A DNA stretch of 64,000 nucleotides from an uncultured Candidatus Saccharibacteria bacterium. Its GTDB lineage: Bacteria > Patescibacteriota > Saccharimonadia > UBA4664 > CAZOQX01. The notes under the pieces were generated by a model. That model did not search any database, was not told where the DNA came from, and saw only the letters and a program-made list of their open reading frames with translations. This document shows positions 9,502-19,030 of this stretch, in pieces. The stretch lies in contig CAZOQX010000002.1 of the NCBI GenBank assembly GCA_964582465.1, positions 7,379-71,378 of the forward strand, written 5' to 3'. Numbering within the stretch: position 1 is the stretch's first letter; each line of letters opens with the position of its first letter. A program made the translations under genes and the position numbers.

Positions 9502-9837
9502 ATGAGCCGAAAGCAGCTACAAGAAATAATTCGTAACCTTCAAGAATTCCATCGGTGTCCTTCTTGCGGGGTGGATTACTTCTTTGATGACATTAAGGTG
9601 CTAGGCCAGATTGAACCGTATTGCTTTGTGCAGTTAACCTGTCATAATTGTTCAATGCCGGTTTTGGCGACGGTTTTGGTTGGCAATGCTGACCTTAATA
9701 AAGTCGCTACAGACCTTAGTTCAAAAGAGGAGAAAAAGTTTGCTAGGCGCGACGTCATCTCCGCCGAGGAAATTGCTGATTTTCACAAGTTCATCTCTGG
9801 CTACAAGGGCTCAGTGCACAAATTACTCGTTAAATAG
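9502..9837 (+). CDS. small Cys-rich (zinc-ribbon-like) hypothetical protein
   Basis: CPSCG...CHNC motifs; TATACT -10 at 9481-9486; ORF track gives TTG 9487 alternative start. Confidence 0.4.
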   Translation: MSRKQLQEIIRNLQEFHRCPSCGVDYFFDDIKVLGQIEPYCFVQLTCHNCSMPVLATVLVGNADLNKVATDLSSKEEKKFARRDVISAEEIADFHKFISGYKGSVHKLLVK

Positions 9838-9843
9838 GGTCAA

Positions 9844-10545
9844 ATGGAAAAGATTTTACTAGCTGTATCGGCGCGTGCAGAAACTGGCAAAAGAGTCCGG
9901 GCTCTTCGTCGTGCTGGTGATGTTCCAGCAGTGGCTTACGGCCATGGTACGGAGCCGCTTAAGATTAAAACTACCGGGAGAGAGTTGGAAAGAGCCTATC
10001 AGCAAGCGGGTACCAGCCGAATTCTAAGTTTGCAGATCGATGGAGAGCCAGCCAAGAACGTATTATTTCAAGAAGTGCAGTTTCACCCACTGACGGGCAA
10101 ACTGGTACACGCTGATTTTTACCTGGTGCGGATGGACGAGAAAATTAAGACTGAAATTCCCTTGCACTTTGTGGGGGAGTCGGTGGCAGTCTATCAAGAG
10201 GGCGGTACTTTACTGAAGAATTTGGAAGCTTTGGAAATCGAAGCCCTGCCGGGTGATCTGCCGGAGAACTTCGAAGTTGATATCGCCGTGCTTGATGATT
10301 TTGAGAAAGTTATCCACGTATCTGATCTCGTCATCCCGAGTGGAGTAGAAGTGCTAACGCCGTCTGAGGAGCTAATTGCCAAGGTTGAGCCGCCCAAGAC
10401 TGACGAGCAGCTCGAGGAAGAGTTAGCCGAAGCAGAGCAGCCGGTTGGGGAAGTGCCGAGCGACTTTGGGTCCGCCGAAGGTGAAGCCCCTACTGAAGCC
10501 GCTGAAGGCGAATCGACCGAAAAAACCGAAGCGGCTGAGTCTTAA
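9844..10545 (+). CDS. rplY: 50S ribosomal protein bL25 (general stress protein Ctc form) with acidic C-terminal tail
   Basis: N-terminal L25 signature LAVSARAETGKRVRALRRAGDVPAVAYGHG; E/A-rich extension. Confidence 0.85.
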   Translation: MEKILLAVSARAETGKRVRALRRAGDVPAVAYGHGTEPLKIKTTGRELERAYQQAGTSRILSLQIDGEPAKNVLFQEVQFHPLTGKLVHADFYLVRMDEKIKTEIPLHFVGESVAVYQEGGTLLKNLEALEIEALPGDLPENFEVDIAVLDDFEKVIHVSDLVIPSGVEVLTPSEELIAKVEPPKTDEQLEEELAEAEQPVGEVPSDFGSAEGEAPTEAAEGESTEKTEAAES

Positions 10546-10991
10546 ACCTGATACTTTTTTAGTTCTTTTTTGAGCTGGGTTTCGCTCGACAGATCGGTTT
10601 GGAAAGCTAAATAGCGCACAAAGGCGGCGGTATTAAAGTGTTTTAAGGTAGCAAGGACGATGACCGCGATTTCGGCCGAGTTGATGTCGCGTTTTTTGGT
10701 GTCTAAAATCTTTGATTCGACGGTATCAGTGACGCCATCGACCGTCGTTTCCTTCTGGGGAATGTTCAAAAAGGCGCCGTAAATACCGGAGTAGAGCTTG
10801 GCGCGGGAATAACGCTGTTTGCGGCCGTTTTTCTTCAAAACTTTGAGAAAACCGAGGTCTGGCTTCTCATAAGTGGTAAAGCTCTCACCGCAGGTGGTGC
10901 AGCGGCGACGGCGCCAGATTTGGGTGTCAAAACGCGTAGAACGGGAATTAAATACTTCAGTGGTCTCACCTCGACAGTAGGGGCATTTCAT
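10542..10991 (-). CDS. nrdR: transcriptional repressor NrdR (zinc ribbon + ATP cone)
   Basis: MKCPYCRGETTEVFNSRST...RRRRCTTCGESFTT zinc ribbon and ATP-cone; start ATG at 10991 (ORF track extends 15 codons further upstream). Confidence 0.9.
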   Translation of the reverse strand: MKCPYCRGETTEVFNSRSTRFDTQIWRRRRCTTCGESFTTYEKPDLGFLKVLKKNGRKQRYSRAKLYSGIYGAFLNIPQKETTVDGVTDTVESKILDTKKRDINSAEIAVIVLATLKHFNTAAFVRYLAFQTDLSSETQLKKELKKYQV

Positions 10992-11167
10992 GACTTTTTG
11001 AGATAATTTAGTAAAACCATAACAATATATTGGCATATAACTATCGAATCCCCAAGTGGAAAAGGTGCTTTAAATGTGGAAAACCCTAGCCAAAGGTAGC
11101 AACATATCTGGCTATGATAATTTTTTGGTTACGGTAGGCTTAGAACGTCCACGAGCGAGGAGGCACC

Positions 11168-11923
11168 ATGCAAATCAAGCCCTACATTGGCGTTACGGGT
11201 GTAACCACCCCGGAGCAGGCTCTTGAGCTGGTAGAAATAATCGGTAGCCTGGGCCTGCCGCGCAGCCGCAAGCTGATGATCGGCGCACTGATGAGCTACC
11301 GTGGTCTTTCGAGGGGTGAGTTGGCTAATCCTAGTCAGTACATCTTCCCCGACCAGATAGATGAAGTCTTTCCAGACGATAATCGAGTCTTCAATCTGGT
11401 TCACTATAACAGTCGGGCTGAGGGGCTTTACAGCCAAATTCGAGATGTGGTTTCCCGGGTGACATATGCCGATGGCGTTCAGCTGAACATCGCCTGGCCA
11501 GAGCCAAAGCAGCTTACTAGGTTGCGTAGCCGCGCCTACACGGCGGTGGTGCTGCAGATCAGCATGGCTGCCTATAGAATGGTCGCCGGTCGGCCCAGCC
11601 AACTGGTAGCAGCCTTGCAGCCCTACTATGGGCTAGTAGACTGCATCTTGGTGGATCCGAGCGGCGGTACGGGCCGGCGATTTGATCGGGCGTGGTCAGA
11701 GGACATCATCGGAGAGCTGGTGAAGGGCTATCTTCCCATGCGTCTTGGCATTGCCGGAGGGCTAGGACCAGATAATCTTGATTGTCTGGTCCCGTTGCTC
11801 CGAATTTACCCAGACCTTTCCTGGGATGCCCAAGCCAGACTGCGCAACGACAAGGATCAGCTCGACGTGGGTCGGTGCCGCGCTTATCTGGAAGCGAGCA
11901 TCGAGCTAGTGCGGTGGCCCTAA
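11168..11923 (+). CDS. TrpF-like (phosphoribosylanthranilate isomerase family) TIM-barrel protein
   Basis: Order of motifs IGVTGVT / DGVQLN / VDPSGGTGRRFD.W / IAGGLGPDNL matches PRAI architecture; function in this genome unclear. Confidence 0.45.
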   Translation: MQIKPYIGVTGVTTPEQALELVEIIGSLGLPRSRKLMIGALMSYRGLSRGELANPSQYIFPDQIDEVFPDDNRVFNLVHYNSRAEGLYSQIRDVVSRVTYADGVQLNIAWPEPKQLTRLRSRAYTAVVLQISMAAYRMVAGRPSQLVAALQPYYGLVDCILVDPSGGTGRRFDRAWSEDIIGELVKGYLPMRLGIAGGLGPDNLDCLVPLLRIYPDLSWDAQARLRNDKDQLDVGRCRAYLEASIELVRWP

Positions 11924-11958
11924 GGACACGGGGCTCTGAGCGAAAGCCTGGAGCCCCT

Positions 11959-13179
11959 TTACGTTCGGCCAAAGCCAATTCGATCCGGTACTTGCGTGGC
12001 TTCGAGCTGGCGCCCGGTAAAGATAATTCGGCCGTAGCGCCGCTCAATTTGATCAATGGCCTCGCTCAAATCTTCTAATTTGTTAGTTGGCTCAAAGAGA
12101 TTCAGGTTAACAAAGCTGCGTTCAATCAGATGGGTAGCAACTATGCTCACTAACCGCACTGGACCGGGCAGGGGGTTAGGTAGCAACTTCTCGGCTTGTC
12201 TCAGTAGGGTATTGGCATTATAGAAAGGCTCATTTTGAATATAGGAATCGCCCCACCAGCTTCGGTCGGCCAAGCGTAGTGACAAGTTAAGGTGACGCGC
12301 TGACAAGCCATAGTGGAGGAGTCGCCGGGCCACTTTGGTTGTGAGTTGGCTGATGGCAGCTAGCAACTCTTCTCGATCGGAGGTAGCGTCTGGCACAATG
12401 GTAGTTTGGTGTCCCACGCTCTGCTTGTGAGTTGGTTTCAGGTCAGTTTCATAACCACGCAGGCGCAAATACCAAGCCTCACCGTTGATGCCAAGCTGTT
12501 GCTTCAAAAAGGCGTGGTCGGTGCGGTAAAGAGCGAGCGGGCTCGTGATGCCCATCCCCAAGAAACGCTTGGTCATTCGATAAGAGATACCATAGAGGTC
12601 CTGGAGGGAGAGGGAATTATAGAAGCGCTCCAGGCTTACGTGATCGACGGGTAGAGTGATCAGCCCATCTGGCTTCAAAACATTTGAGGCCATTTTAGCG
12701 AGAAAAAAATTGCTGGATATGCCAATAGAGCATCTTAGCTCACGGCCGACCCTCCTAATCTGCTCTTTGATCTCCTGGGCGAGATTTGGTACGGACTCTC
12801 TTAGATCGGCGGGCACCACCAAAAGAGCTTCGTCGATGCTTTTAACCAGAACTTGGCAGCGGGTTTGATGTAAGAGTTTAATAATTTCGTTGTGGTAGTG
12901 GCGATAAGCATTAGGGTGGTCGGCGACTAGGATTAGCTCCGGGCAGAGGGCCTTGGCCTGGAAAACCCGGTGGCCCGTTTTTATCCCATAAGCTTTAGCT
13001 TCAATCGAGGCCGCGATGACACAGGAGGCCGAGCTGGTAGGGTAGGGGCAAACAGCAATGGGTTTGCCCCGCAGTTTGGGCTGGACCTGCTGCTCCACCG
13101 AAGCGAAATAGGAGTTCATATCCACGAGCATGGCTCGGTTCGCTAGGGGCGTTTGCTTGAGCAGGTCTTCTGTCCGCAC
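11959..13179 (-). CDS. dinB: Y-family DNA polymerase (DinB/Pol IV-like)
   Basis: VDMNSYFASVEQ opening motif, IMS/UmuC domain layout, ~400 aa. Confidence 0.85.
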   Translation of the reverse strand: MRTEDLLKQTPLANRAMLVDMNSYFASVEQQVQPKLRGKPIAVCPYPTSSASCVIAASIEAKAYGIKTGHRVFQAKALCPELILVADHPNAYRHYHNEIIKLLHQTRCQVLVKSIDEALLVVPADLRESVPNLAQEIKEQIRRVGRELRCSIGISSNFFLAKMASNVLKPDGLITLPVDHVSLERFYNSLSLQDLYGISYRMTKRFLGMGITSPLALYRTDHAFLKQQLGINGEAWYLRLRGYETDLKPTHKQSVGHQTTIVPDATSDREELLAAISQLTTKVARRLLHYGLSARHLNLSLRLADRSWWGDSYIQNEPFYNANTLLRQAEKLLPNPLPGPVRLVSIVATHLIERSFVNLNLFEPTNKLEDLSEAIDQIERRYGRIIFTGRQLEATQVPDRIGFGRT

Positions 13180-13184
13180 GGCCC

Positions 13185-13580
13185 CTACTTGGCAGTGGCC
13201 AATTGGGCAGACTGGTCTGACTTGGCCGGCTTGTTCTTGAGATATTTGATCAAGCCCCAGGTTTGTTTTACGACTCCGGTGTAGCCGTCTTGCAGTTTGG
13301 CGGTGTCGCCATACTTTTGGGCCGCAAATTGCTGCAAGAAATAGCTGGTTTCATTAGCCGTATCGATAGCTTTGTACAGTGCCTTGACCTTGTCGGTGTA
13401 GGCGAAGCTGCCATGGGCCTCGGCGATGAAGTGGGCTACGGCCGAACTCGATCGCCGCAGGTTGTCACTGAGAAGGAAGCGTTCCTCTTGCGGCAAAGCT
13501 TTAATTAAATCGTAAACTTGATCCTCTAGCTCTCTAGCGAGCTGGTACACTCTTAGATTTCCGATGGCCTTATTGGTCAT
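13185..13580 (-). CDS. four-helix-bundle protein (TIGR02436 / 23S rRNA-intervening-sequence protein family)
   Basis: LRRSSSAVAHFIAEAHG motif; ATG at 13580 preceded by AAGGGGGA; 5 nt upstream of dinB-like gene. Confidence 0.65.
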   Translation of the reverse strand: MTNKAIGNLRVYQLARELEDQVYDLIKALPQEERFLLSDNLRRSSSAVAHFIAEAHGSFAYTDKVKALYKAIDTANETSYFLQQFAAQKYGDTAKLQDGYTGVVKQTWGLIKYLKNKPAKSDQSAQLATAK

Positions 13581-13714
13581 TGAAAGATCCCCCTTACTTA
13601 TAACTCGAGTATACCGAACAAAGACCGAAACTGTCAACTAGTTTGTATGAGACCACTGGCGTATGTCTTGGTCCGGGCTTTGAGCAGGAAATTTTTGCAG
13701 GGTCGGCTTATCCA

Positions 13715-14881
13715 TTACTGATAAAACATCAACCCAAGCTTAATCTGGAGGGCGTCCTCAAAATGACGCGGGTCGAGGTGAATCAGCTTCTTGGTTTTAT
13801 TCAACCTGTAAATCAGGGTGTTGCGGTGAATGTGGAGTTTGTCGGCGGCGGTGCTTAGGTTTAGACCGGCCTCTAGAAACGTCCGCACCGTCTTATACAG
13901 CTGTGGATCATTCAAGAGTGAGTGCAGCAGTTGGTGGGCCAGCTCGGCTTTGCGTTCCTGATTAATGTTGGCGAGGCTGACGAACATGCCGACTTTGCGA
14001 ATCGGGTAAACCTTGCCGGTACCCCAGACCTTAGTCCCGACATCGAGGGCCAACCTTGCCTCCTGGTAACTTTTACGCAGACCCCCCAGGTCGGGATAAT
14101 ACTGACCGACTCCAAGGGTAGTGTTATTATCTGGTTCAATTGAGCGAAAGCGCTCGAAAAGTTCGCCGGTTTGCTTTGTTAACTGGTTCAAAATGCTTGC
14201 CGGGCTAGCGGTCTCGTTCGCGATCGGTAGCAGGAGCGCAAAGGTGTTATTGCCGATATAAGTAAAGATATGGCTGGGGATTTTGAGCTGATCTCGCACC
14301 CGTCCGGTTAATGTCTCGATATGGCTCGCGAGCATTAGGGCTTGCTCCTCGGCCTTCAGGTGGCCAATTTCCGCGTGCAAACGCTGCTCAAAGTTTTCAA
14401 TCTGTACCAGAATCGCAATCAGAGGCAAGTGGAGATTGAGCTGCAGGATGTCGGCCTGGCGGTAGGCGTTTTCCGGAGCCATGGTGGTGTCTTCGAGCAA
14501 ATTCTTAATGAAATTGCCCCTGACCACAATAGTCGGTTGCAACTTATCGATCAAAATATGCTGGTGCACAATGACTTCCGCTAGCCCCTGTAGCAGGCTA
14601 ATCATATCAGGAGTAGCACCCTCGGGACCTTCGGCGAGTCCAAAGGCACCCATGACGCGGTCCTCGTAAATGAAGGGGAACCAGAGCAGTTTTTGGCCGT
14701 CGAGCATGGAGCTGGTACTGGCCTTGCCGGCGCAAGCTTGCTTAGCTTCATCGATCACACGCCCTTGGTACTTGCGATCACCCAGCACCAGTCCTTCGGT
14801 GTCGGCGATGATCACGTTTTGCTTCAAAATCGTGCGCGTCCGGTCACGAATTTGCTGGGCGAGTGGTTGGCTAAGCTGCAT
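13715..14881 (-). CDS. CdaR/PucR-family transcriptional regulator (paralog 1)
   Basis: C-terminal PucR-type HTH (HIHRNTLIYRLNKTKKLIHLDP), GGDEF-like middle domain; overlaps upstream paralog by 11 nt. Confidence 0.7.
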   Translation of the reverse strand: MQLSQPLAQQIRDRTRTILKQNVIIADTEGLVLGDRKYQGRVIDEAKQACAGKASTSSMLDGQKLLWFPFIYEDRVMGAFGLAEGPEGATPDMISLLQGLAEVIVHQHILIDKLQPTIVVRGNFIKNLLEDTTMAPENAYRQADILQLNLHLPLIAILVQIENFEQRLHAEIGHLKAEEQALMLASHIETLTGRVRDQLKIPSHIFTYIGNNTFALLLPIANETASPASILNQLTKQTGELFERFRSIEPDNNTTLGVGQYYPDLGGLRKSYQEARLALDVGTKVWGTGKVYPIRKVGMFVSLANINQERKAELAHQLLHSLLNDPQLYKTVRTFLEAGLNLSTAADKLHIHRNTLIYRLNKTKKLIHLDPRHFEDALQIKLGLMFYQ

Positions 14882-15989
14882 TTTTTTCTACGAATTTAGG
14901 GTACAGCATGGCGAGTTTAATCTGCACGGCGTCGTCAAAATTCCGAGGGTCGAGCTCAAGAGTTTCGGCGATGCGGTCGAGCCGGTACACTAGTGTATTG
15001 CGGTGGACACCGAGTGATTCGGCTGTTTTGGTGAGTGACATGTCGAAGCCAAAGTAGGCTTCAAGCGTTTTGATAGTTTCGCCGTTTTGGTTAATGCGGT
15101 CGAGCAGTTCGCGGCTGAAATGGATGTTATTTTCATCAACCCCCGAAAGCAGCGGCGCTACCACGCCGAAGTCATCGATGTGGTAAACCCGATCGGTGTC
15201 CCACATCTGGCTACCGATTTCGATAGCGGAAATGCCCTCGCTGTAGCTTTGGCGCAGCCCGGCGATTGCCGGGGCAAAGTTGCCCACGCCCATGGTGGTG
15301 GAATACTTAATTTCACCTTTCACTATCTGGTAAAAGGATTGAATCGACTTCTTGAAATTGGCGACACTTTCTTCGATCGGGCCGCCGTTGAAGCCCTTCA
15401 AAATCACGAAATGGTTTTGGCCAAGGTAGGCGACAACGTGATCGTGGCTGGTGGTGTAAAACGACTCCAGCGATCGGTTTAGGCTGCTTTTATAGCGGGC
15501 AATTGTGACTTCGTAGTCGCTGGAAGGGTCACGGTTTGGGCCGATTAAAACCGGATCATCAATGTAGACTGCAATCGCGAGCTTCGGCTTATCGAGTTCG
15601 ATTTTAAAGAGGCGAGCTTCGGCTTTCACCACGGCTTCATCCGAGATGGGGCTATGGAGTAAGTCGTAGACGAACTTATCCAAACGCTCCTCTTGGTTGG
15701 GGATCTGCTCCATCAGGAGCGTTTGGTGCAACACCAGCTCGGCGATGGAGCGGAGTAAGGGCGCAATACGATCTTGGTCGGGCACCGGCTTTTCGAGAAT
15801 AATGAAACCAACAATTTTGTTGCCGTAGCGTACTTCGACGCCCCCGAGATCAGAAGGATTGAGCTTGGTGCCCGGCTCGTGCTCTCCACCGATCAAGACC
15901 TGTCCATCAGCGTCAGTGATAGTCAAGTCTTGATCGATCAGATCGGCCACCTTACTCCTGATGCGACTAGCTGTTTGGGGATTTAGCAT
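14871..15989 (-). CDS. CdaR/PucR-family transcriptional regulator (paralog 2)
   Basis: C-terminal HTH GVHRNTLVYRLDRIAETLELDP; same domain order as downstream paralog. Confidence 0.7.
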   Translation of the reverse strand: MLNPQTASRIRSKVADLIDQDLTITDADGQVLIGGEHEPGTKLNPSDLGGVEVRYGNKIVGFIILEKPVPDQDRIAPLLRSIAELVLHQTLLMEQIPNQEERLDKFVYDLLHSPISDEAVVKAEARLFKIELDKPKLAIAVYIDDPVLIGPNRDPSSDYEVTIARYKSSLNRSLESFYTTSHDHVVAYLGQNHFVILKGFNGGPIEESVANFKKSIQSFYQIVKGEIKYSTTMGVGNFAPAIAGLRQSYSEGISAIEIGSQMWDTDRVYHIDDFGVVAPLLSGVDENNIHFSRELLDRINQNGETIKTLEAYFGFDMSLTKTAESLGVHRNTLVYRLDRIAETLELDPRNFDDAVQIKLAMLYPKFVEKNAA

Positions 15990-16097
15990 AGTTCAAAATC
16001 CTCATTTTGTAGTAATGCACAAGTTAAGCGTAATAATTAGCCGCGTCGCCTGCAAGCATGAGGGGATTAAAAAGGACGCTCTTGCGAAGCGTCAAAA

Positions 16098-16174
16098 TGG
16101 TGGGCTCTAGAGGGTTCGAACCTCTGACCTCTTCCACGTCAAGGAAGCGCTCTAACCAACTGAGCTAAGAGCCC
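16098..16174 (-). tRNA. tRNA-Val (GAC)
   Basis: Acceptor GGGCTCT/AGAGCCC, anticodon loop TTGACGT, T-loop GGTTCGAACC, CCA encoded. Confidence 0.8.
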
Positions 16175-16242
16175 TCGCCGAATTGTTCAAAGCAGGGTTA
16201 ACTATAGCCAATTTTGGTGAGAGCGGCAATATAATAGGTACT

Positions 16243-16662
16243 ATGGACGAGCTTGAGACACTGGAGGCTACCGGGGAATATGTTTTCCACGGCTCACCTT
16301 ATGAAATAAAAGAGCTAGAGCCACGCCAGGCTACTAATGCTGGATTGCCCGACGGGGAGCCAGCTGTTTGGGCATCCGACCTACCTGTAGTTGCTATCTT
16401 CATGGCGCTGGTAGGTGGGAGGTATTCCAGCGGAGTGTCGATTACAAATGGCGAGGTAGAGCTAACAGCTGTTCGCAGCGGCCTCACCGCGCTGCGTGGT
16501 GACAAGTTGACGGGATATGTCCACGTGCTACCGAAAGAGCAATTCACCAAGGTCAAACAACACGATTACGTATCGACTAAGCCGCAGCATCCAGTGGAAG
16601 TTATTAAGGTTAAGGCCAAGGATCTGCGCCTACCGGTAGGATTAAAGGAAGAAAATCGATGA
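16243..16662 (+). CDS. hypothetical protein
   Basis: ATG at 16243 in frame with ORF 16183-16662; stop overlaps next start; no family recognised. Confidence 0.4.
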   Translation: MDELETLEATGEYVFHGSPYEIKELEPRQATNAGLPDGEPAVWASDLPVVAIFMALVGGRYSSGVSITNGEVELTAVRSGLTALRGDKLTGYVHVLPKEQFTKVKQHDYVSTKPQHPVEVIKVKAKDLRLPVGLKEENR

Positions 16663-17120
16663 AATGGAAGGAATCGCCCAAGATTAAGATTTATGAGGCG
16701 TTGACGGTGCTTGCGAACGACCGCGTTAAAGTCGACGGCAACTCCGCCAAAGTATCATCTTCGGCCGGCAAGCGTGTTTATCAGGTAGATTACGATCCTA
16801 AGGAGAAGACTATTACCTCAAACGACAATGGTTCGTACTGGCAAGGCTACATGGGTTATCCGATTATCGCTTATCTGCTTGCGACTGGCGTGGTAAAGTA
16901 CGACCCGGTGGCGGCAGAGTTAGTCAAAGATTTTAATTGGGGTTTTTTGAACGAGCAGTTTAAGCGCAAATATGACCAAGTGATTGCATACGTGCTAAGT
17001 GAAGTCGAAAAAAAGGGCGGCGATGCCACTTTGCTCAAGAAAGCGGTCGCAGACGTCAGCTTACAGCTTAGCGATTTGGAATTACAGAGAACGCAAAGTC
17101 CTCATAAGCCACCAAGTTAG
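16659..17120 (+). CDS. hypothetical protein
   Basis: ATGA overlap with upstream gene, coherent coding composition. Confidence 0.45.
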   Translation: MKWKESPKIKIYEALTVLANDRVKVDGNSAKVSSSAGKRVYQVDYDPKEKTITSNDNGSYWQGYMGYPIIAYLLATGVVKYDPVAAELVKDFNWGFLNEQFKRKYDQVIAYVLSEVEKKGGDATLLKKAVADVSLQLSDLELQRTQSPHKPPS

Positions 17121-17180
17121 TAGAAATTTACAAAGTATTTATGGTGGTTTCGGGTAAAAATAGTGCCAAGGAGGTGCGAG

Positions 17181-17480
17181 ATGAAAAAAATTCGACACTT
17201 ACCCCAGGAAGACCCGGTTAAAATTATCGCGGCTGGGCTGCGCGGTAATCCGCAGGCCGATGCATCTGATTTTACTGATACGTATATTAGCGGTCGCCAG
17301 ATGTTGCAGCTCGCGGAGAGCATGCGCGAAAATAATCACCGTAATATCGAAATATTTAATGAGCTGGTCGATGAGGTGCATTTTTTGCGCTGGGTATTAC
17401 AGCGCCAAGTTGGTGCGGCCGAGTTTGCAGAATTAGCCGAAGAGTATACGGATAAGGGAGCTCAGGTTAGCTCTTCATAG
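17181..17480 (+). CDS. hypothetical protein
   Basis: ATG 17181 with GGAGG RBS 6 nt upstream. Confidence 0.4.
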   Translation: MKKIRHLPQEDPVKIIAAGLRGNPQADASDFTDTYISGRQMLQLAESMRENNHRNIEIFNELVDEVHFLRWVLQRQVGAAEFAELAEEYTDKGAQVSSS

Positions 17481-17498
17481 TGCGAAATTATAAGGCAA

Positions 17499-17532
17499 GA
17501 CCCCCGAGTCCGCTTGAGCGGACCCGGGGGCT
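17499..17532. terminator. bidirectional hairpin between convergent genes
   Basis: 13-bp inverted repeat CCCCCGAGTCCGC/GCGGACCCGGGGG with 4-nt loop. Confidence 0.55.
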
Positions 17533-17540
17533 AGAGGCGA

Positions 17541-18074
17541 TCAGATGCGGGCCGATACGAGGGCCAATTCTCGGCCGATGTGGAGGTTCGCTATGAACTG
17601 ATCGGCGGCTGCGCGCAACGGTTCCACCGATCGGCGCATCTCGAGTTGCAGGAAGATATTCGGCACTAGGAAGTGCGGGATGGTCTGGGCGAACCTGGGC
17701 AACTTCCCGCACAGTAGCTCTTCGATCTCCGGATTACTCTGGAAGAGTAATTCCAGTACCAGGATCAGGTGGTGGTCGGCCGGGTCGTCAGTCTCTTCGG
17801 GTTTCAGGTAGAAGAGACCTGCTTCGGCCAGGTCTTCCAGAGCGTGCAATCGGGGCAGGCTGAGCTCGCGCGGATGATTCGGCCAGCGACAGGCCATCCC
17901 AGCCTGCAAACAGAATGCAGCTAGCCCCGCGCTCAGCAAATTCACCCGAATCGAATCGGGGTAGTCGAGAGGCCACGGACCGCGATAGGCCGAGTAGCGC
18001 CAAAAATGCGTTCCACGCAACGTAACTCCTTTAGGTGCTCCAGCGGGCGCTTTTATTATGATTTGACCATCCAA
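17541..18074 (-). CDS. hypothetical protein, GC-rich foreign-looking gene
   Basis: GC3-rich codons unlike flanking genes; start uncertain (several in-frame Met). Confidence 0.35.
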   Translation of the reverse strand: MDGQIIIKAPAGAPKGVTLRGTHFWRYSAYRGPWPLDYPDSIRVNLLSAGLAAFCLQAGMACRWPNHPRELSLPRLHALEDLAEAGLFYLKPEETDDPADHHLILVLELLFQSNPEIEELLCGKLPRFAQTIPHFLVPNIFLQLEMRRSVEPLRAAADQFIANLHIGRELALVSARI

Positions 18075-18119
18075 TCTTGTCCAACCAAGCGCTTTTCAGT
18101 TATTCTAGAGCTTACGCGC

Positions 18120-18196
18120 GGGCAATTAGCTCAGCTGGTTAGAGCGCTGCGTTCACATCGCAGAGGTCGCTGGTTCGAATCCAGCATTGCCCACCA
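18120..18196 (+). tRNA. tRNA-Val (CAC)
   Basis: Acceptor GGGCAAT/ATTGCCC, anticodon stem CTGCG/CGCAG loop TTCACAT, T-loop GGTTCGAATCC, CCA encoded. Confidence 0.8.
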
Positions 18197-18212
18197 ATGA
18201 TGAAAGTATGTT

Positions 18213-18719
18213 ATGACGCCAAAGCTTAAAACTAAAAATTTAGACTTGCGGCCGACTGCCCCGCGTGATTTAGACCGGGTGGTCGAGATCATGACCGAGC
18301 CCTCCGTTGCCAGGTGGTGGCACCGTGAGGATTGGGCTAAGGAGTATATTTACCATGAGGCCAAGCTGGTGTGGGCAATCGAGAAGGATGGGCGCATGAT
18401 CGGACTAATCCAGGCTTACGAAGAGAACGATCCGCAGTACCACCACGCTGGCATCGATCTGGCGCTGAGTGAAGAATTCCAAGGGCAAGGCTTCGGGCCG
18501 GAGGCTATCGTTGTGGTGGCGAAGTTGCTGTTTGACCGAGGGCACCATCGTTTGATTATTGATCCGGCCGCCAGCAACGAACGGGCTATTCAAGCTTATC
18601 AAAGGGTTGGCTTCAAGCCCGTCGGCATAATGCGGCAGTATGAGCAGAACGTTAGCGGGAAAGGCTTCCATGATGGGCTGCTTATGGATATGCTTAAAGG
18701 TGAATTGAAGGAATCATGA
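18213..18719 (+). CDS. GNAT-family N-acetyltransferase
   Basis: Acetyl-CoA binding-like segment QGQGFGPEAIVVVAKLLFD, RVGF motif. Confidence 0.75.
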   Translation: MTPKLKTKNLDLRPTAPRDLDRVVEIMTEPSVARWWHREDWAKEYIYHEAKLVWAIEKDGRMIGLIQAYEENDPQYHHAGIDLALSEEFQGQGFGPEAIVVVAKLLFDRGHHRLIIDPAASNERAIQAYQRVGFKPVGIMRQYEQNVSGKGFHDGLLMDMLKGELKES

Positions 18720-19027
18720 TGTTCGATTTCAAGAAATTTAGCGATCGAGTCTGGGCCAATAAGGTGGCCAAGGGCTTTAATACCACCGATGTGGAGCAGG
18801 AGTTTGTGTTTATTTACGGGGAGCTCGCCGAGATGTACGAAGCTTATCGTAAGAATAAATCTGATCTTGGCGGCGAATTTGCCGACGTTCTGATGTATCT
18901 CATGGGCTTGGCCCACATGCTGGGTGTCGATCTGGAAGCCGAGCTCGAAAAAAAGATGGCCAAAAATGAGCAGCGCGAGTACAAACAGATCGGCAAGGGC
19001 TTCGTCCGTACCAAGGAGGTGGAGTAG
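18716..19027 (+). CDS. MazG-like nucleotide pyrophosphohydrolase domain protein
   Basis: ELAEMYEAY...EFADVLMYLMGLAHMLGVDLE pattern typical of small MazG/HisE-like all-alpha NTP-PPases. Confidence 0.6.
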   Translation: MMFDFKKFSDRVWANKVAKGFNTTDVEQEFVFIYGELAEMYEAYRKNKSDLGGEFADVLMYLMGLAHMLGVDLEAELEKKMAKNEQREYKQIGKGFVRTKEVE

Positions 19028-19030
19028 CCC

